Made by a program: the position numbers and the translations under genes. Positions 43,901-54,386 of a stretch of DNA of 64,000 bases are shown piece by piece (positions within the stretch are counted from its first letter, which is position 1; every line of letters starts with the position of its first letter). This DNA is from Andalucia godoyi And28 (taxonomy: Eukaryota; Protista; Jakobida). The notes beneath the pieces are model-generated. The model saw only the letters and a program-made list of their open reading frames with translations, was not told the DNA's origin and ran no database searches. The DNA is taken from NCBI GenBank assembly GCA_009859145.1, contig VRVR01000017.1, positions 143,170 through 207,169 on the forward strand, given 5' to 3'.

Positions 43901-43951
43901 CAAAACTTGGGTGCATGTTGCCTCGTACTGCGAGAAAACGGAATCATCCAT
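40928..43951 (-). CDS. XPO7: Exportin-7 / RanBP16-like karyopherin
   Basis: LLARITKLGW, HRTVAVSFRDIAL, LSCLLFDFVG, QLPSGWR, LVQLAGVRRSLF, HEVCRLLAKM, NRNQRIIFGPSSPNGILLF, LSGKYCNFGVFALYND, NRDQFSQN. Confidence 0.93.
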   Translation of the reverse strand: MDDSVFSQYEATCTQVLTAHSAELRKEAENRIAEFLSTTADVPKAFQILMRSQEPYALYITLLSLQRIVTNHWSTMELQQRLEVREVIYRFLRSPKGSLRELSSAAYTLLARITKLGWKDHDSFRTIIDDLVGMNAFRAMEAVVSEMNIVAPKKSLSQHRTVAVSFRDIALKPAFEAAVRFLRTFPQQYEDALALALSCLLFDFVGVFPDESADESATLQLPSGWRSLVEEENILGLFFDLYFRTRDKTVLMCLVQLAGVRRSLFSSEVERKMFLTTLLNGATMILRNGVGLENPDNRHEVCRLLAKMKSSNFPLTDLLAVDGYSDWINVVSQFTIATISDWSNYINSSYYLLSFFSRLASALPHTRTSGRPSELTELIPEIVRTYMLSRLHAIANTVSSNVDLPDFLVDEELLHSQIESVPYLIRSMYDTLGPFIVSLFDPVIQSFQTDQNVVAACQMCFLTYIAAGVLAHRGNSSSADHKDTIDGDITARVFQIVQISAGYLGISILEKSILRFFQEFRAAYVGEQSVTSSNIFERLAPLCGIQTNTQVMDIFVSRIVSNLRAWAANSEIVGETLALLNDLATGFVTRKIMVKLPSVATLLENHASMELTFLSNPRNMQARTSYYAALSKLLSLDDCSAQQFSDFMATFDASFVNISSREAFIGILRDLQGVCSSCGSRRSFERFFEWLHPQKFTVIYQGMQALALDHEASTACLRFLAELATNRNQRIIFGPSSPNGILLFKEIARILVWYCTQAVHVVPSKDLYVEKLKGIRLVLSTLLAALSGKYCNFGVFALYNDDSLSSALSSAVTLVLSVSLEDILAYPKVSRVLYSFLNALFADHSKAVCAWDASMFIQIVNCLHEGVKCPDSVVMVESSAALDHLCTYYVQECSKRSSTFESLSNFTSMPSLLPSILNSLFRITVFEESPSHYSISRPLLALITVNPASFADLKNQIIKELEPERRELMQVAFEKLMLNVDFSLEFRNRDQFSQNVTVFRQEIKKFM

Positions 43952-44384
43952 GGCTAGGGGAAGAGGGGAAAACAACCAAACAGCGAACAGAGGACGGAAG
44001 AGGAAAAAGATTTTGCCAAAGAATACGTGGAGGGAAAAAAAAATAATGAATGAATGTTAGGAAGAAGGATGGAAAGCTGGGGGAAAGCTGGAAAAGCTGG
44101 AACTTTTTTGGTTTGGGAGATTCTGGACAAATTTGAAGGACGACTTTTGGTTTGGCTTGCAAATCGTGTCTTGCCGTAGTTTCTAGGATAATGATTACAT
44201 TTTCTTCTTCTTCTTCCATTCTTTCTTTAATTTTCGGTTCGTTTTTCTTTTCTTTTTCGAACACCGTAATAAGATGCCAAAAAAAAAGAGCCAATTTCAA
44301 AGACATCTATTTCGTCTTACTGAAAATCCAACGAACTGAACAGCTTCTCTGAAACGGACTAAGAAAGTACTCTTCGAGAGCTGC

Positions 44385-46031
44385 TCAGTCCACAGGAGGC
44401 AGCTCCATCGCATGTACTCCTGCTGAAGTGGTATAAATTAGTTTGCTGTTGTTCACGCTCACCAAATCTTGGCATTCTTCGATACTCAGAGTGTTGATGC
44501 AGGAGCCGGAACCTGTGCGAAACACATTGATGTCAGTTGATCGGGCAGTGGAATACACGAACTCGCCATCTTGTGACACATCGGTTGCAAAACAAAAGTC
44601 ACGTGGATTCACAGCGGACGGAGGAATGCCTTGGCGAAACCACAAGCGAATTCTTCTCATTCGGAAGTCAATGAGCGCCAAAGAACCGTCTACATTTGAC
44701 ACCACACATTCGGAATGATAGGGGACTCTGTGGATCGACAATGGTGCAAAAGGCATTCGGCACATGCCAAGCCTTTCCACATTTCGGGCATCTCGTGAGT
44801 CGAACATTGCCATGACTCCGTTGCGACCACCGACGAGGACGCTGCAGCAGTCCTGGTTCGGTGAGGTCGGAGAACTGCTGATGTACGAACATGATTGGCC
44901 ATTTGAGAACGGATAATCCGTGACGACAGAAAACGTTCGGACGTCCACTTCACGCAGTGTCAGCGAGGAACAGGTCAGAAACCGAAAGACATCAGCAGGG
45001 TTCTCATCAAAATCGCGGATTTCATCAAATGCGCTTCTTGGTGAAAATCGATGCACCGATCCCGATGCACCCCAACCCATGTCTTCAGACTCCACTACAG
45101 ACACCAGTGCAAGAGAAGGAAGCTTATCATCTCGTTGTGATATCGCCGCAAATGTGAAGGGCAAAGGACATGACTTCAGCTTCGTAAAGTAGTCCACCTG
45201 TGATGCTTACAGTTAGAAGGATTGTTTTTTCCCAACAGGAAAAAGAAGAAGACCAGGAAGGAAACATTAAAATTAATAAAAATAATAATACTAATACTAA
45301 TATGAAAATCGCATACACCAGGAAGAGAAAATGTGCATTCCTGCGAGCCAAGGCAAATGCACGGACCGTCAGCAGCGAAAATACAATCTCGTTGCTGATG
45401 ATAAGCTACACGATGCCACCCGCTGACCCGTAGCGGAAACCCGTACAAGATTCTCGATCGATCCTTTATCGACGATATGGTGCTTGTATCGAGTCTGGAG
45501 CAATTTCAAAGAATATACGTTTTCAATTTTGATTAGTACTATGATGACGATGACAATGACGATTTAGGCAAGCCACCAATCCCTCAACCACCCGCTCAGC
45601 AAACAAAACAAAACAAACAAACAAACAACAAGAAGCACATACAAGTAACGTTGGCGAGCTGTGTTCGATGACAGTAACGTGTTTCGGATATTCTGAAACA
45701 TGGTCGGTGGCGGCCGTATTGGAGCGATGTGGTCCAGCCGAGTCGCATGGCTGCTGTGGATTTTCTCCGATTCCAAGAGCGCAGACGCCACTTCTCGGGG
45801 AGTGTTCTTTGTAATGCGAAAGTACTTTCCTTTTGATTTGTCAAATACAAAACCCGGAAGTTCTCCAATATAACCCGGGATACTGGATTCCTGCTGGGAC
45901 GATGCCGACTGCGACACGCCCGCGCTGTCAGAGCCACACGCCGAGGACTGATTCACACTAGAGTCGTCGGGCGTTTGCCCATAACCTCGATGAAAACGAC
46001 CTCTTTTTTTGGGTCGGCGGCTCCGGTTCAT
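44385..46031 (-). CDS. DCAF4-like WD40 protein (exons 46031-45643, 45494-45317, 45197-44385; about 459 aa)
   Basis: N-terminal ELPGFVFDKSKGKYFRI motif typical of DCAF4/WDR21; C-terminal beta-propeller-like repeats (GGRNGVMAMFDSR, LALIDFR); introns phase-consistent. Confidence 0.7.
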
Positions 46032-46516
46032 AGCCTCTCAACACATGGAGCAGTCGTTCTATAAAAAGAAGAATTAAAAATAAATAAACATATACATTTA
46101 ATTTTTAATTAATAAAAGTTTTTTCAAAACCAAAAAAATGAAATGAAAGACAATGGTCCGTTGTCCCGGACTTTTCGACGTTTTCCCTCTTCAGCAGCTG
46201 TACAAACAACTCGACTGTGCACTGTCATCAAGTCCTCGTTAAAGCCTCACTCCTTCACTTTCTCTCTCTCTCTCTCCTCTCCTCTCCTGTCCTCTCCATG
46301 CCTCCGAGTCCAGACTTCCGAAATCCGAATGCTGCACATATACCGCTCGTTTTCGATATTATTTATATTTATTTATTTAATTTTTTGTCTTTTTGTTTTC
46401 TTCTTTGGCTTCTTTCTTCTCATCTTTTCCGTCCTGCATCTTGTCTTTCAACATTTTGTTTTCTTTGTTCTGTGGTTGTTATTTGTCTTTTCCTTCTGCT
46501 GCATCATCTTCTTTCA

Positions 46517-48220
46517 ATGTTTCGCCAAGCTGTTCGTCAGTCTACTGCGCTTTTTGCGCGGCGCGTGTCGACTGGATCGTCGTCCTCGTTTTCCCGGGCG
46601 TCTGGGTTCTGCAAGTCGACGACGGTGCTTGCTGCAGTCGGACTTGCGTCTGCAGCGACTCTTGCGCTGAGCTCTTCTTTTCTTGCGAACTCCAACCAGG
46701 GGCTGTTTGCAGAGGAAACACAAGTTGCGGAAGAGGAGCAGGCAAACGAAGCAGTCGAGACCACTTCGTCATCGCCGCAGGGATCTGCCGAGTCGACCTC
46801 AAACAGCGAGGCCGCGAGTAAGGGCAGTGCATCGGAAGCGGCGGAGGTAGCGCTGGAGTCTGAGTACCCGTATGTAATTGTGGGAATGGGGACGGCGGGA
46901 TATGCGGCAGCAAAGGCAATTTTGTCGCGTGATCCGGAAGCGAAGATTCTGATGATTGGCGACGAGGGCTACAGCCCGTACATGCGCCCTCCTCTTTCCA
47001 AGGAGCTTTGGACGACCGGGGCTGCTGATGTTGCCGAGACTCTTTCGTTTGTGGATTGGCAGGGTCGCCGTACGCATGTCTTTTATGATCCGTTCCACGC
47101 CAATCATTCTGTGCGCATGCTCAAGGGACACAAGGTGATTTCGATGGATGTTGGTGAGCATGAGCTGCAGTTGGACGATGGCCGAAAGGTCAAGTACCAC
47201 CGCTGTGTCATTGCGACGGGCGGGACGCCACGGACACTGCCTGTGGTTCCTGAATCAATCAAGCAGCACGTTTCCACGTATCGTACTGTGGACGATTTCC
47301 GTACGTTGGATGCCGTGACTCGTCGTGGTGGCCGCATTGTCGTCGTTGGAGGATCGTTCTTGGGAACGGAGGTTGCATATGCGATTGCGTCGACAAAGTC
47401 GGAACGCCAGGGGACCTCTGTCGTTTCTGTGTATCCGGAACCTGGTGTGCTTGCCCGAATTTTACCCAGATACTTGTCCGACTTTGCAACGTCGATTCTT
47501 GGACGCGCCGGTGTTGAACTCTACCCGAACCGTATTGTGACCCGTGTCGAGGAGGCTCCGTATAGCCATGCAACGGAAGACAACAGCAACGGAAGCAGTG
47601 GAAAGCGCGTTCGGGTGCACTTGGACAACAACCAGGTCATTGATGCAGATCACGTGCTTGTCGCAACCGGTATTCTACCGAATACTTCCATCTTTGCAGA
47701 TGCTGGCCTTGAAATCGATCCGAAGAACGGAGGCATCACCTGCAACGCAGAGCTCGAGGCGCGCACTGATGTGTTTGTCGCTGGAGATGTCGCATCCTTC
47801 TATTCTCCGGTCCTGGGGCGTCGCCGTGTGGAGCACTATGACCATGCAGAGTCTTCGGGCTGGACTGCTGGTCTGAATGCCGCCGGTGCCCGAAAGGTTT
47901 ACAATGCTCAGCCATTCTTCTGGTCTTCTTTAGGTGAAACTGCCGGAATCGAGGCGGTTGGAGAGCTTGACTCCAATTTGGACACGATTGCTTTTTGGGA
48001 CAAGGTTGGCATTGATGCCCAGGGTGCCCCCTGGTACTTCAATTCGCCTCCTGCTGTCCCCAAAGACTACGGAAAGGGTGTGGTGTACTACATGAAGAAC
48101 AAGCGTGTTGTCGGTGTCTTGTTGTTCAACACTCATGGAAAGATCCAGGACGCCAGAAGAGCTATCGCATCCAAGAAGCAGTATTCGCAGGAAGAGCTCA
48201 AAAACCTCATCCAGGTTTAA
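46517..48220 (+). CDS. AIFM1: Apoptosis-inducing factor (mitochondrial FAD/NADH oxidoreductase)
   Basis: Presequence MFRQAVRQSTALFARR plus TM; PYMRPPLSKELW, ATGGTP, GGSFLGTE, LGRRRVEHYDHA, YGKGVVYYMK..VVGVLLFN. Confidence 0.92.
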   Translation: MFRQAVRQSTALFARRVSTGSSSSFSRASGFCKSTTVLAAVGLASAATLALSSSFLANSNQGLFAEETQVAEEEQANEAVETTSSSPQGSAESTSNSEAASKGSASEAAEVALESEYPYVIVGMGTAGYAAAKAILSRDPEAKILMIGDEGYSPYMRPPLSKELWTTGAADVAETLSFVDWQGRRTHVFYDPFHANHSVRMLKGHKVISMDVGEHELQLDDGRKVKYHRCVIATGGTPRTLPVVPESIKQHVSTYRTVDDFRTLDAVTRRGGRIVVVGGSFLGTEVAYAIASTKSERQGTSVVSVYPEPGVLARILPRYLSDFATSILGRAGVELYPNRIVTRVEEAPYSHATEDNSNGSSGKRVRVHLDNNQVIDADHVLVATGILPNTSIFADAGLEIDPKNGGITCNAELEARTDVFVAGDVASFYSPVLGRRRVEHYDHAESSGWTAGLNAAGARKVYNAQPFFWSSLGETAGIEAVGELDSNLDTIAFWDKVGIDAQGAPWYFNSPPAVPKDYGKGVVYYMKNKRVVGVLLFNTHGKIQDARRAIASKKQYSQEELKNLIQV

Positions 48221-48439
48221 CGAAAATCGTCGTCCGGCGAATATGGTTTTTTGCGCATTTCGACTTTTCTGCAAAAATAAAAAATAAAAAAAGAATGCAG
48301 TTTTCTTTCCTCTTGCTTTTCTCCTTTCCCCAAAAAATCACTTTGCAGTTCAGTTATTTATATATATTCATTATTCTTTAGCTCTACTACTGCTTCTGCA
48401 TTCTCTGTCCGCCGTTTTTTCTTGCTTCATTTCTGCTTC

Positions 48440-50153
48440 ATGTCTATTGGCAAGAGCAGCTCCTCTTTGTTTGTTTTTGCGATTGTCGGAGCTGTGTTTG
48501 CGCACATTGTCTCTCCGTTGTTTTCCCGAGCTGCACTGAGCGCGAGGCAAGTTGTTCTGCGAATGCAAGAAGATCCGGTTGTTGTCGTCGGCGGTGGGCT
48601 TGCTGGTCTCTCGGCAGCAATTGAAGCACTCCGCTCGAATCCGGTTGTCCGTGTTGTTTTAGTGGAGAAGGAAGCTCGAATGGGCGGCAATTCGGCAAAA
48701 GCATCTTCTGGTATGAACGCTACTCCAACTCCTGTGCAGGAACGCGAGCATATCCACGATTCGCTTGAGGGGTTCCTTGCAGACGTTATCTCTTCTGGTG
48801 ACGGGAGATCAGATGCGGAACTGGTCAGGGTTCTTGTGGACAGGTCTGCGGACGCATGGAACTTCATCACTTCCTTTGGAGTTAATCTTGAGGACATTTC
48901 TCAGTGTGGCGGACATTCCGCGCCACGGACGCACAGAAACTTGGACGATCCCGTCAAGATGCCAAAAGTTGTGAATGTTGGATGGTCCATCATGTCTACC
49001 CTCATAGCGCACCTGGAAACAGAAAGCAAGAAACCTGAAGATGCTCGGGTGACCATCATGACCGGTTCGGAAGTTGTTCGACTTCTCGTCTCGGAAACCA
49101 ACAAGGTTTCTGGCGTTGAACTCAAGGATGGACAGAAAATCGCGGCATCTGCGGTGATTCTGACAACGGGTGGCTTTGGCGGAGACCTTTCTCCCGATGC
49201 CATGATTTGGAAGCACGCTCCCGAACTTCGCGGATTCGCCACAACGAACGGTGGCTTTGCCCGCGGAGATGGTGTCAGGATGGCTGCGCAAGTGGGCGCA
49301 AAAATGCAGGATCTTGATCAAGTGCAGATTCATCCGACTGGATACGTGAATCCTAAAGAGCCTGGTGCCCCGACCAAGTTCTTGGCCCCCGAGGCCCTGC
49401 GCGCAGTTGGAGGCATTCTTTTGAACAACAACGGAGAACGATTTGTCAATGAACTTGGTACTCGTAAGAATGTTTCTCGCTCCATGCTCGACAAGTGTCT
49501 TCCCTGGGATGGCCTTACAGGGCAAACAAAGGCATCTGTGATCGTGTTTTCCTCGGCTGCTGCAAGCGAATTCGGCACTCGAATGCTGGATTTCTATTCT
49601 AGTATGTTTCTCTCGTCTTTCTTGATTAACTCTATCTCTTCTTTTTAAATTATTTGTTGATAATCGGGAGGGAAAAGAAGAAGACGTTGTAGCAGTTTTG
49701 TCGTGAACTTACTCCCCTCCCCTCCCCCCTCATCTTGTGTTCGCAGAAATTGGCTTGATCATGAAGGCGGGGAATGCGGCAGAGCTTGCAGAGAAGATCC
49801 GCGTACCGGCTGCGAATGTCGAGCGAACGCTTGCAGAGTACGTTCGGTCGTCGCAAGTTGGAAAGGACGCCTTTGGAAAAACGGTGTTTCGAAACCCCCC
49901 TTCTTCCACCGAGCAGCTGTTCTATGCATTTGTCACTCCTTGCATCCACTATACAATGGGAGGCTGCAAGATCAATGTCCATGCTCAGGTTGTCCGAGAG
50001 GATGGATCGCCGGTAGATGGACTGTTTGCCGCTGGCGAAGTTTCAGCAGGTGTGCATGGTGCCAACCGCCTGGCTGGAAACTCCTTGTTGGAATGCGTCG
50101 TTTTCGGTCGGATAGCCGGAAGGGAAGCGACCCGTCTGGCTGCGTCACTGTAA
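48440..50153 (+). CDS. Soluble fumarate reductase (Osm1/Frd1, flavocytochrome c flavoprotein type); exons 48440-49601, 49747-50153
   Basis: [91 protein letters not shown]; hydrophobic N-terminal extension. Confidence 0.92.
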
Positions 50154-50240
50154 ACCTGGAATAAACCACTCTCTCAGTCCTCTGACTGCTGTTTAAATTT
50201 CGACGCTTCTGTCCGCCAATCGCACGCTGTAGCTCCACCA

Positions 50241-50392
50241 CCGCTCGCCAAAACATGAACCATTACCATTATTGGTCATCATCGGCTAAGTTGCCACCGA
50301 CGACAGATCCAAGCCACGTGTTTTTCTAAAAAATATTTGGGGCGAGCACAGACTCTTCAATGCAGATTGCTCTGCATCCAAAGGGTCATCGC
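50241..50392 (-). repeat. Structured dispersed repeat, copy B (with insertions relative to 26229-26331)
   Basis: Same conserved blocks as copy A on the opposite strand. Confidence 0.8.
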
Positions 50393-50545
50393 TTCTTCTT
50401 GCTCTCGGCCTCCGACGAGAGGGTCGGGCATGACCGGTGTGAATTTGTCGGGAAAGAACCCTCTTTGGAGCCATGAGATGTTTTTGTCTTTGATGTTCAT
50501 ACACAAAACAGTCAACCGTCGAAAACGATAAGCTGCAACAGAAGC

Positions 50546-50560
50546 AAAAAGTCGCAAAAA
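50546..50560 (-). terminator. Pol III T-run terminator(s) of the 5S gene
   Basis: Two T5 runs on the minus strand (50560-50556, 50550-50546) directly after the 5S 3' end. Confidence 0.75.
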
Positions 50561-50676
50561 GTACAGCGCTGGGAATTCCCGAGTGGTCACCCACCTCAGT
50601 ACTACTCCAGCCTGAGAGCACTTGACTTCGCAAATCGGACGGGATGCGGTATTTTCACTCTAGTATGGCCGTACCT
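50558..50676 (-). rRNA. 5S rRNA
   Basis: 119 nt AGGTACGGCCATACT...CATCCCGTCCGAT...GAAGTCAAG...TAGTACT..GTGGGTGACC..GGGAA...GCTGTACTTT; terminal stem closes; followed by T5 Pol III terminators. Confidence 0.96.
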
Positions 50677-50831
50677 AAGGCAGTGATCATCAAGATTTAA
50701 CTATTTCTAGTTCTTTCTTTGTCGTTGTCTTTTTTCATTTTCACTTTGCAGCTCTTTCGCTTCTCCCTGTCTTTCGTTGTTCGTGATTTTTCAGAGGAAT
50801 TGCATTGACAAGCAAGCAAGACAGTGTTTGC

Positions 50832-51917
50832 ATGTTTCGAGGTCTGGTTCCTGTTCGAAATGCGTCCACTGTGTTGACGATCGCAACTGTGATTGTCGGC
50901 GTTCCAGCTTGTGTGTATGGTATGTGTGCCGACCGACAAGACAATTTTTTCTCTCCTTTTCTTTTCTCATTCGACTTGCACTCTGTTCTCGACTGATTTG
51001 ATTGGTGTTTCCCACCCGTCCCCCAACCTCTCCTCATTTTGCGATGCGAAGCTCTGAAATGTTTGTCGCTAGTTGTTTTTCAGAATAAGGTGTTGTACAT
51101 GAATTATTTTCCTCCGGGAAGTCGGAAGCTTGACGCGGATCCGAGAACGTCGTTTGGTGCATCGTTCTCGGATGTCTCGATTGCTACTGCAGATGGAATA
51201 CGACTGCATTGCTGGTCGATTCCGGCTGCAACAACTCCGGACAAACAGCCTACTTTGGTGTACTTCCACGGCAATGCGGGCAACGTTGCGCATCGCATTG
51301 ACCTGCTGAAGAATCTGCACAAGCTGAATGTGAATCTATTTGTTCCGTCGTATCGTGGATACGGGCTAAGCTCTGGGAGTCCCTCTGAGAGCGGTCTGAA
51401 ACTCGATGCACAAGCGATCATGAAGTACGTCATGGAGCGTGAATTGCAACATGCACAGTTCATTCTATTCGGTCATTCGCTGGGGGGCGCAGTCGCGGCA
51501 TACGCAACGTCCCTGCACCCAGAAAGAGTTAGCCTATTGGTTCTAGAAAACACATTTACGAACATCCCAGATATGCTGGACGAGTTCTATCCCAAGTGGA
51601 CGCTGTATCGCTATCTGAAATTCGCGTTGAAGTCGATTTGGGATACGCGATCGATTGTTAAGGATCAACGAATGCAGGGCGTTCCGATGCTCTTCATTTC
51701 TGGTGAATTTGATGAAATTGTTCCACCAAAGATGATGAAGATGCTGTTTGACGAATCCGTTTCAGAGAGCAAAGCTTGGCACTCTGTACCTCGAGGGCTT
51801 CATAATGATACGTGGATAGTTGACGTGCCTCGGTATTCGTCTGCCATATCCGCACGCATCAAACGATACCAGAGCTCTGCACCGACAAATGGCGATGGCA
51901 GGCAGAACTCCAGCTAG
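50832..51917 (+). CDS. ABHD13: ABHD13/Bem46-like alpha/beta hydrolase (exons 50832-50919, 51073-51917)
   Basis: N-terminal TM, VFQNKVLY, YFHGNAGN, SYRGYGLSSGSPSESGL, GHSLGGAVA, LENTF, LFISGEFDEIVP, GLHNDTW; phase-consistent intron. Confidence 0.9.
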
Positions 51918-53833
51918 CGTTGCATGTTTTGATTTGCATAGACGGTTGACCATGAAGCGCCAATCGGAAACACATGCACTCTCGCTGTTGACAATGCCTG
52001 CATAGACTTGATGACGGACAGCAAGTACGTCGTCTGCAAACATCGGTCCTTCACATTTTGCAATCCTGTGTACTCCTCATCTTGCACAGCTGCCATGCTG
52101 AGCTGTGCCGGGTGCCGGGTGCAAACACATCGCGCGGCATATTCGACTTCCTCGACAGACATGCCCTTTCGGTACGGGGCCTCGGAAAAAGAATTCAATT
52201 TGGAGTCGAGATGTCTGCGCCCGCATACATATCGATTCGCAAAGTTCAGTGTAAAGAATCCAAGCGACATCACGATGATTTTTGACATTACTGGAGGGAC
52301 AATTGGCGCAAATCTGGAAGTGCTCATCAACGACTTGTGGCAACTCTCAATGCATTCCACGATGGAGGAAGGGGTTGCCTGAAGCCTTTCTTCTTCATTG
52401 TGTGGATAGAGCAGACGGCAAGCCGAGTACGCGGGAGTCGAATGGGTGCGATGGAATCTCTTTGTACTCGAATAACCTGCATCTTCAAAGCCCATGCACT
52501 CGTGCGCGCAGCAAACCTGCATCGACTGCCCCCCGATTTCTAGGACACAGGTTTTTTCAACATTCAACGGCGATTCTCGCAGAGCAGCCCGCATTCCAAG
52601 ATCAGCTTCCTCACCAGGAGACAGAATCTTGACATTTGCACCAACGGGAACATTCACAGACTTCCAGAGCGCATGCAGCTTGTCCACAGCTGCAGACATT
52701 GTGACTGCCCCCGAATCGACGATCTTTCGAATTCCCCCTGTTGCAACAATATCGACAGTCGGATCAGTCCACATTCCAAGCAGGGCACTCGACACATCGT
52801 TTAAAATTCGCCTCCAGTCCTGCGTGACTGCGTCATCCGCATTTTCAAGAATCTTTTCGTGCACTGCAATCGCGCTTTTTTTCACTCTCATCCAGTGACG
52901 CATTTCCAGTCCTTTGAAGAAGACCACATCGGCCGCCGTTCCGGAAGATCCGACATCCATGATGACAGACATCCGACACCAATCAGGATTCGCATGAACG
53001 GCACAGTGGATGGCCGGCACAGACCGAGACACAAACAACACTTGGTCCACACTCATGCGCGTCGCATATGCATTCACCAGAACGACTCTTGCAGTTGGAA
53101 ACACCGACGCAAACCCCTTGAGATGTTCCCATCGATTATCAAAAAAGGTGATTGTCATGCCTTCTCGGTACCGTGGTCCCAAAAAGCCACGAAACTTCTC
53201 GTACGACTCCAAGGAGTTCTTGGAGATAAAGTCAGCATCTTCAATCGTAAATCGCAGCTCGCGCCCAAACAGGTGTGAAACTCCTATGGCTTGAAGGCAT
53301 TCCTCGATGTGGGCCGAAGGACTGTTGGAGTACACGACAAGCAAGTATCCCTGCTCTTCCAATGCTCGCAAACCATCCCGCAACTCGTAGTCTAGTTCAA
53401 GACCAGCCGACGAGCACACTCCGCGGTGCACCTTCTCGAGAAAGAGGCGGGCCTGGCTCCTGTGCAGAATGTTTTCATCTACCAGTCCAGTAATTGTCGT
53501 TCCGTACTTTTCACAAAAGTACTCTGCAGTTTTCGATGGATCGCTCGTCAGTTCGCGAATGGCGGTATTGAATTGTTCATCTAACAGTGGCCGAGTCAGG
53601 TACTTCGCAGCATACATTGTGTCGTCCACGTCAAATACCATGATTCCAACATAGTCCGTCCTTCTTCGGTGAGAACCACGCATCAGAACATGCGCAGTCC
53701 CGTCATGCTCATGCTCAATCGGATTAACGATGCTATTGCCGTCTAGATCAATTTCCAATTCGGCAGCGCGAGCAGCATGACACAGAAATATCCACAAACA
53801 CGAATACAGCGCAAATGTCTGCAAAAACTTCAT
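51914..53833 (-). CDS. Secreted fusion of SDT1-type HAD 5'-nucleotidase-like domain and GDA1/CD39 NTPDase-like domain
   Basis: Signal peptide MKFLQTFALYSCLWIFLCHAARA; HAD motifs VFDVDDTMY, KYGTTITGL, YSNS, FFDN; apyrase regions MDVGSSGT, ATGGIR, ILSPGEEA, LEIGGQSMQ, ASWS. Confidence 0.8.
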   Translation of the reverse strand: MKFLQTFALYSCLWIFLCHAARAAELEIDLDGNSIVNPIEHEHDGTAHVLMRGSHRRRTDYVGIMVFDVDDTMYAAKYLTRPLLDEQFNTAIRELTSDPSKTAEYFCEKYGTTITGLVDENILHRSQARLFLEKVHRGVCSSAGLELDYELRDGLRALEEQGYLLVVYSNSPSAHIEECLQAIGVSHLFGRELRFTIEDADFISKNSLESYEKFRGFLGPRYREGMTITFFDNRWEHLKGFASVFPTARVVLVNAYATRMSVDQVLFVSRSVPAIHCAVHANPDWCRMSVIMDVGSSGTAADVVFFKGLEMRHWMRVKKSAIAVHEKILENADDAVTQDWRRILNDVSSALLGMWTDPTVDIVATGGIRKIVDSGAVTMSAAVDKLHALWKSVNVPVGANVKILSPGEEADLGMRAALRESPLNVEKTCVLEIGGQSMQVCCAHECMGFEDAGYSSTKRFHRTHSTPAYSACRLLYPHNEEERLQATPSSIVECIESCHKSLMSTSRFAPIVPPVMSKIIVMSLGFFTLNFANRYVCGRRHLDSKLNSFSEAPYRKGMSVEEVEYAARCVCTRHPAQLSMAAVQDEEYTGLQNVKDRCLQTTYLLSVIKSMQALSTARVHVFPIGASWSTVYANQNMQR

Positions 53834-54386
53834 GGAAACCCCCCGCTCCGCTTTCTGAGAGCCGCAGAAGAAAGAGAAGGAGATGAATGAATAAATGAAT
53901 GAATGAATGAATGAGGAAAACACGGCAAAGCAACAGTTGGCAAACTTTCGCTATGATCCGAAAATGAGCATCGTTAGTGTTTTCGATTGTTGTCAAATTC
54001 ACCCGACTCAAAAAACCGGGCTCCCGTCCGGGCGTGTCCTCTCCAGAACACCAGGAACTCGCAACATCCGGATGGGGCAATTGCAAGGACGTCATTGGCC
54101 AAGCAATCTCCAGTCTCCTGAACGTGCCTCGCCAGCGCTCAAGGCGAAAAGACAGAAGAAAAACAACAAAGGTTTTACTTAAGAGGACAGATTGCTCAAA
54201 TAAGATAACGACGGGATGAGCCCTGAATAAACACACGCACACACGCACGCAAGCACGCACACGAGCAGACACGAGCAAACCCAGTCAGCTGATCCGCGGA
54301 GGGCCTGCGCTACCCTGCATAGTAAAAAAAAAAGAGAGAATACATTGGTTTCGTCGAGTGAAACACAACCCCACAGCGGGGTGGTA

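Noticed and set aside
46217-46516. Hydrophobic N-terminal extension of the AIF ORF
   Set aside because: T-rich low-complexity UTR or promoter sequence; ATG 46517 gives a typical presequence.
50241-50676. 5S plus downstream repeat as a SINE3
   Set aside because: Two T5 terminators separate them, and copy A has no 5S head.
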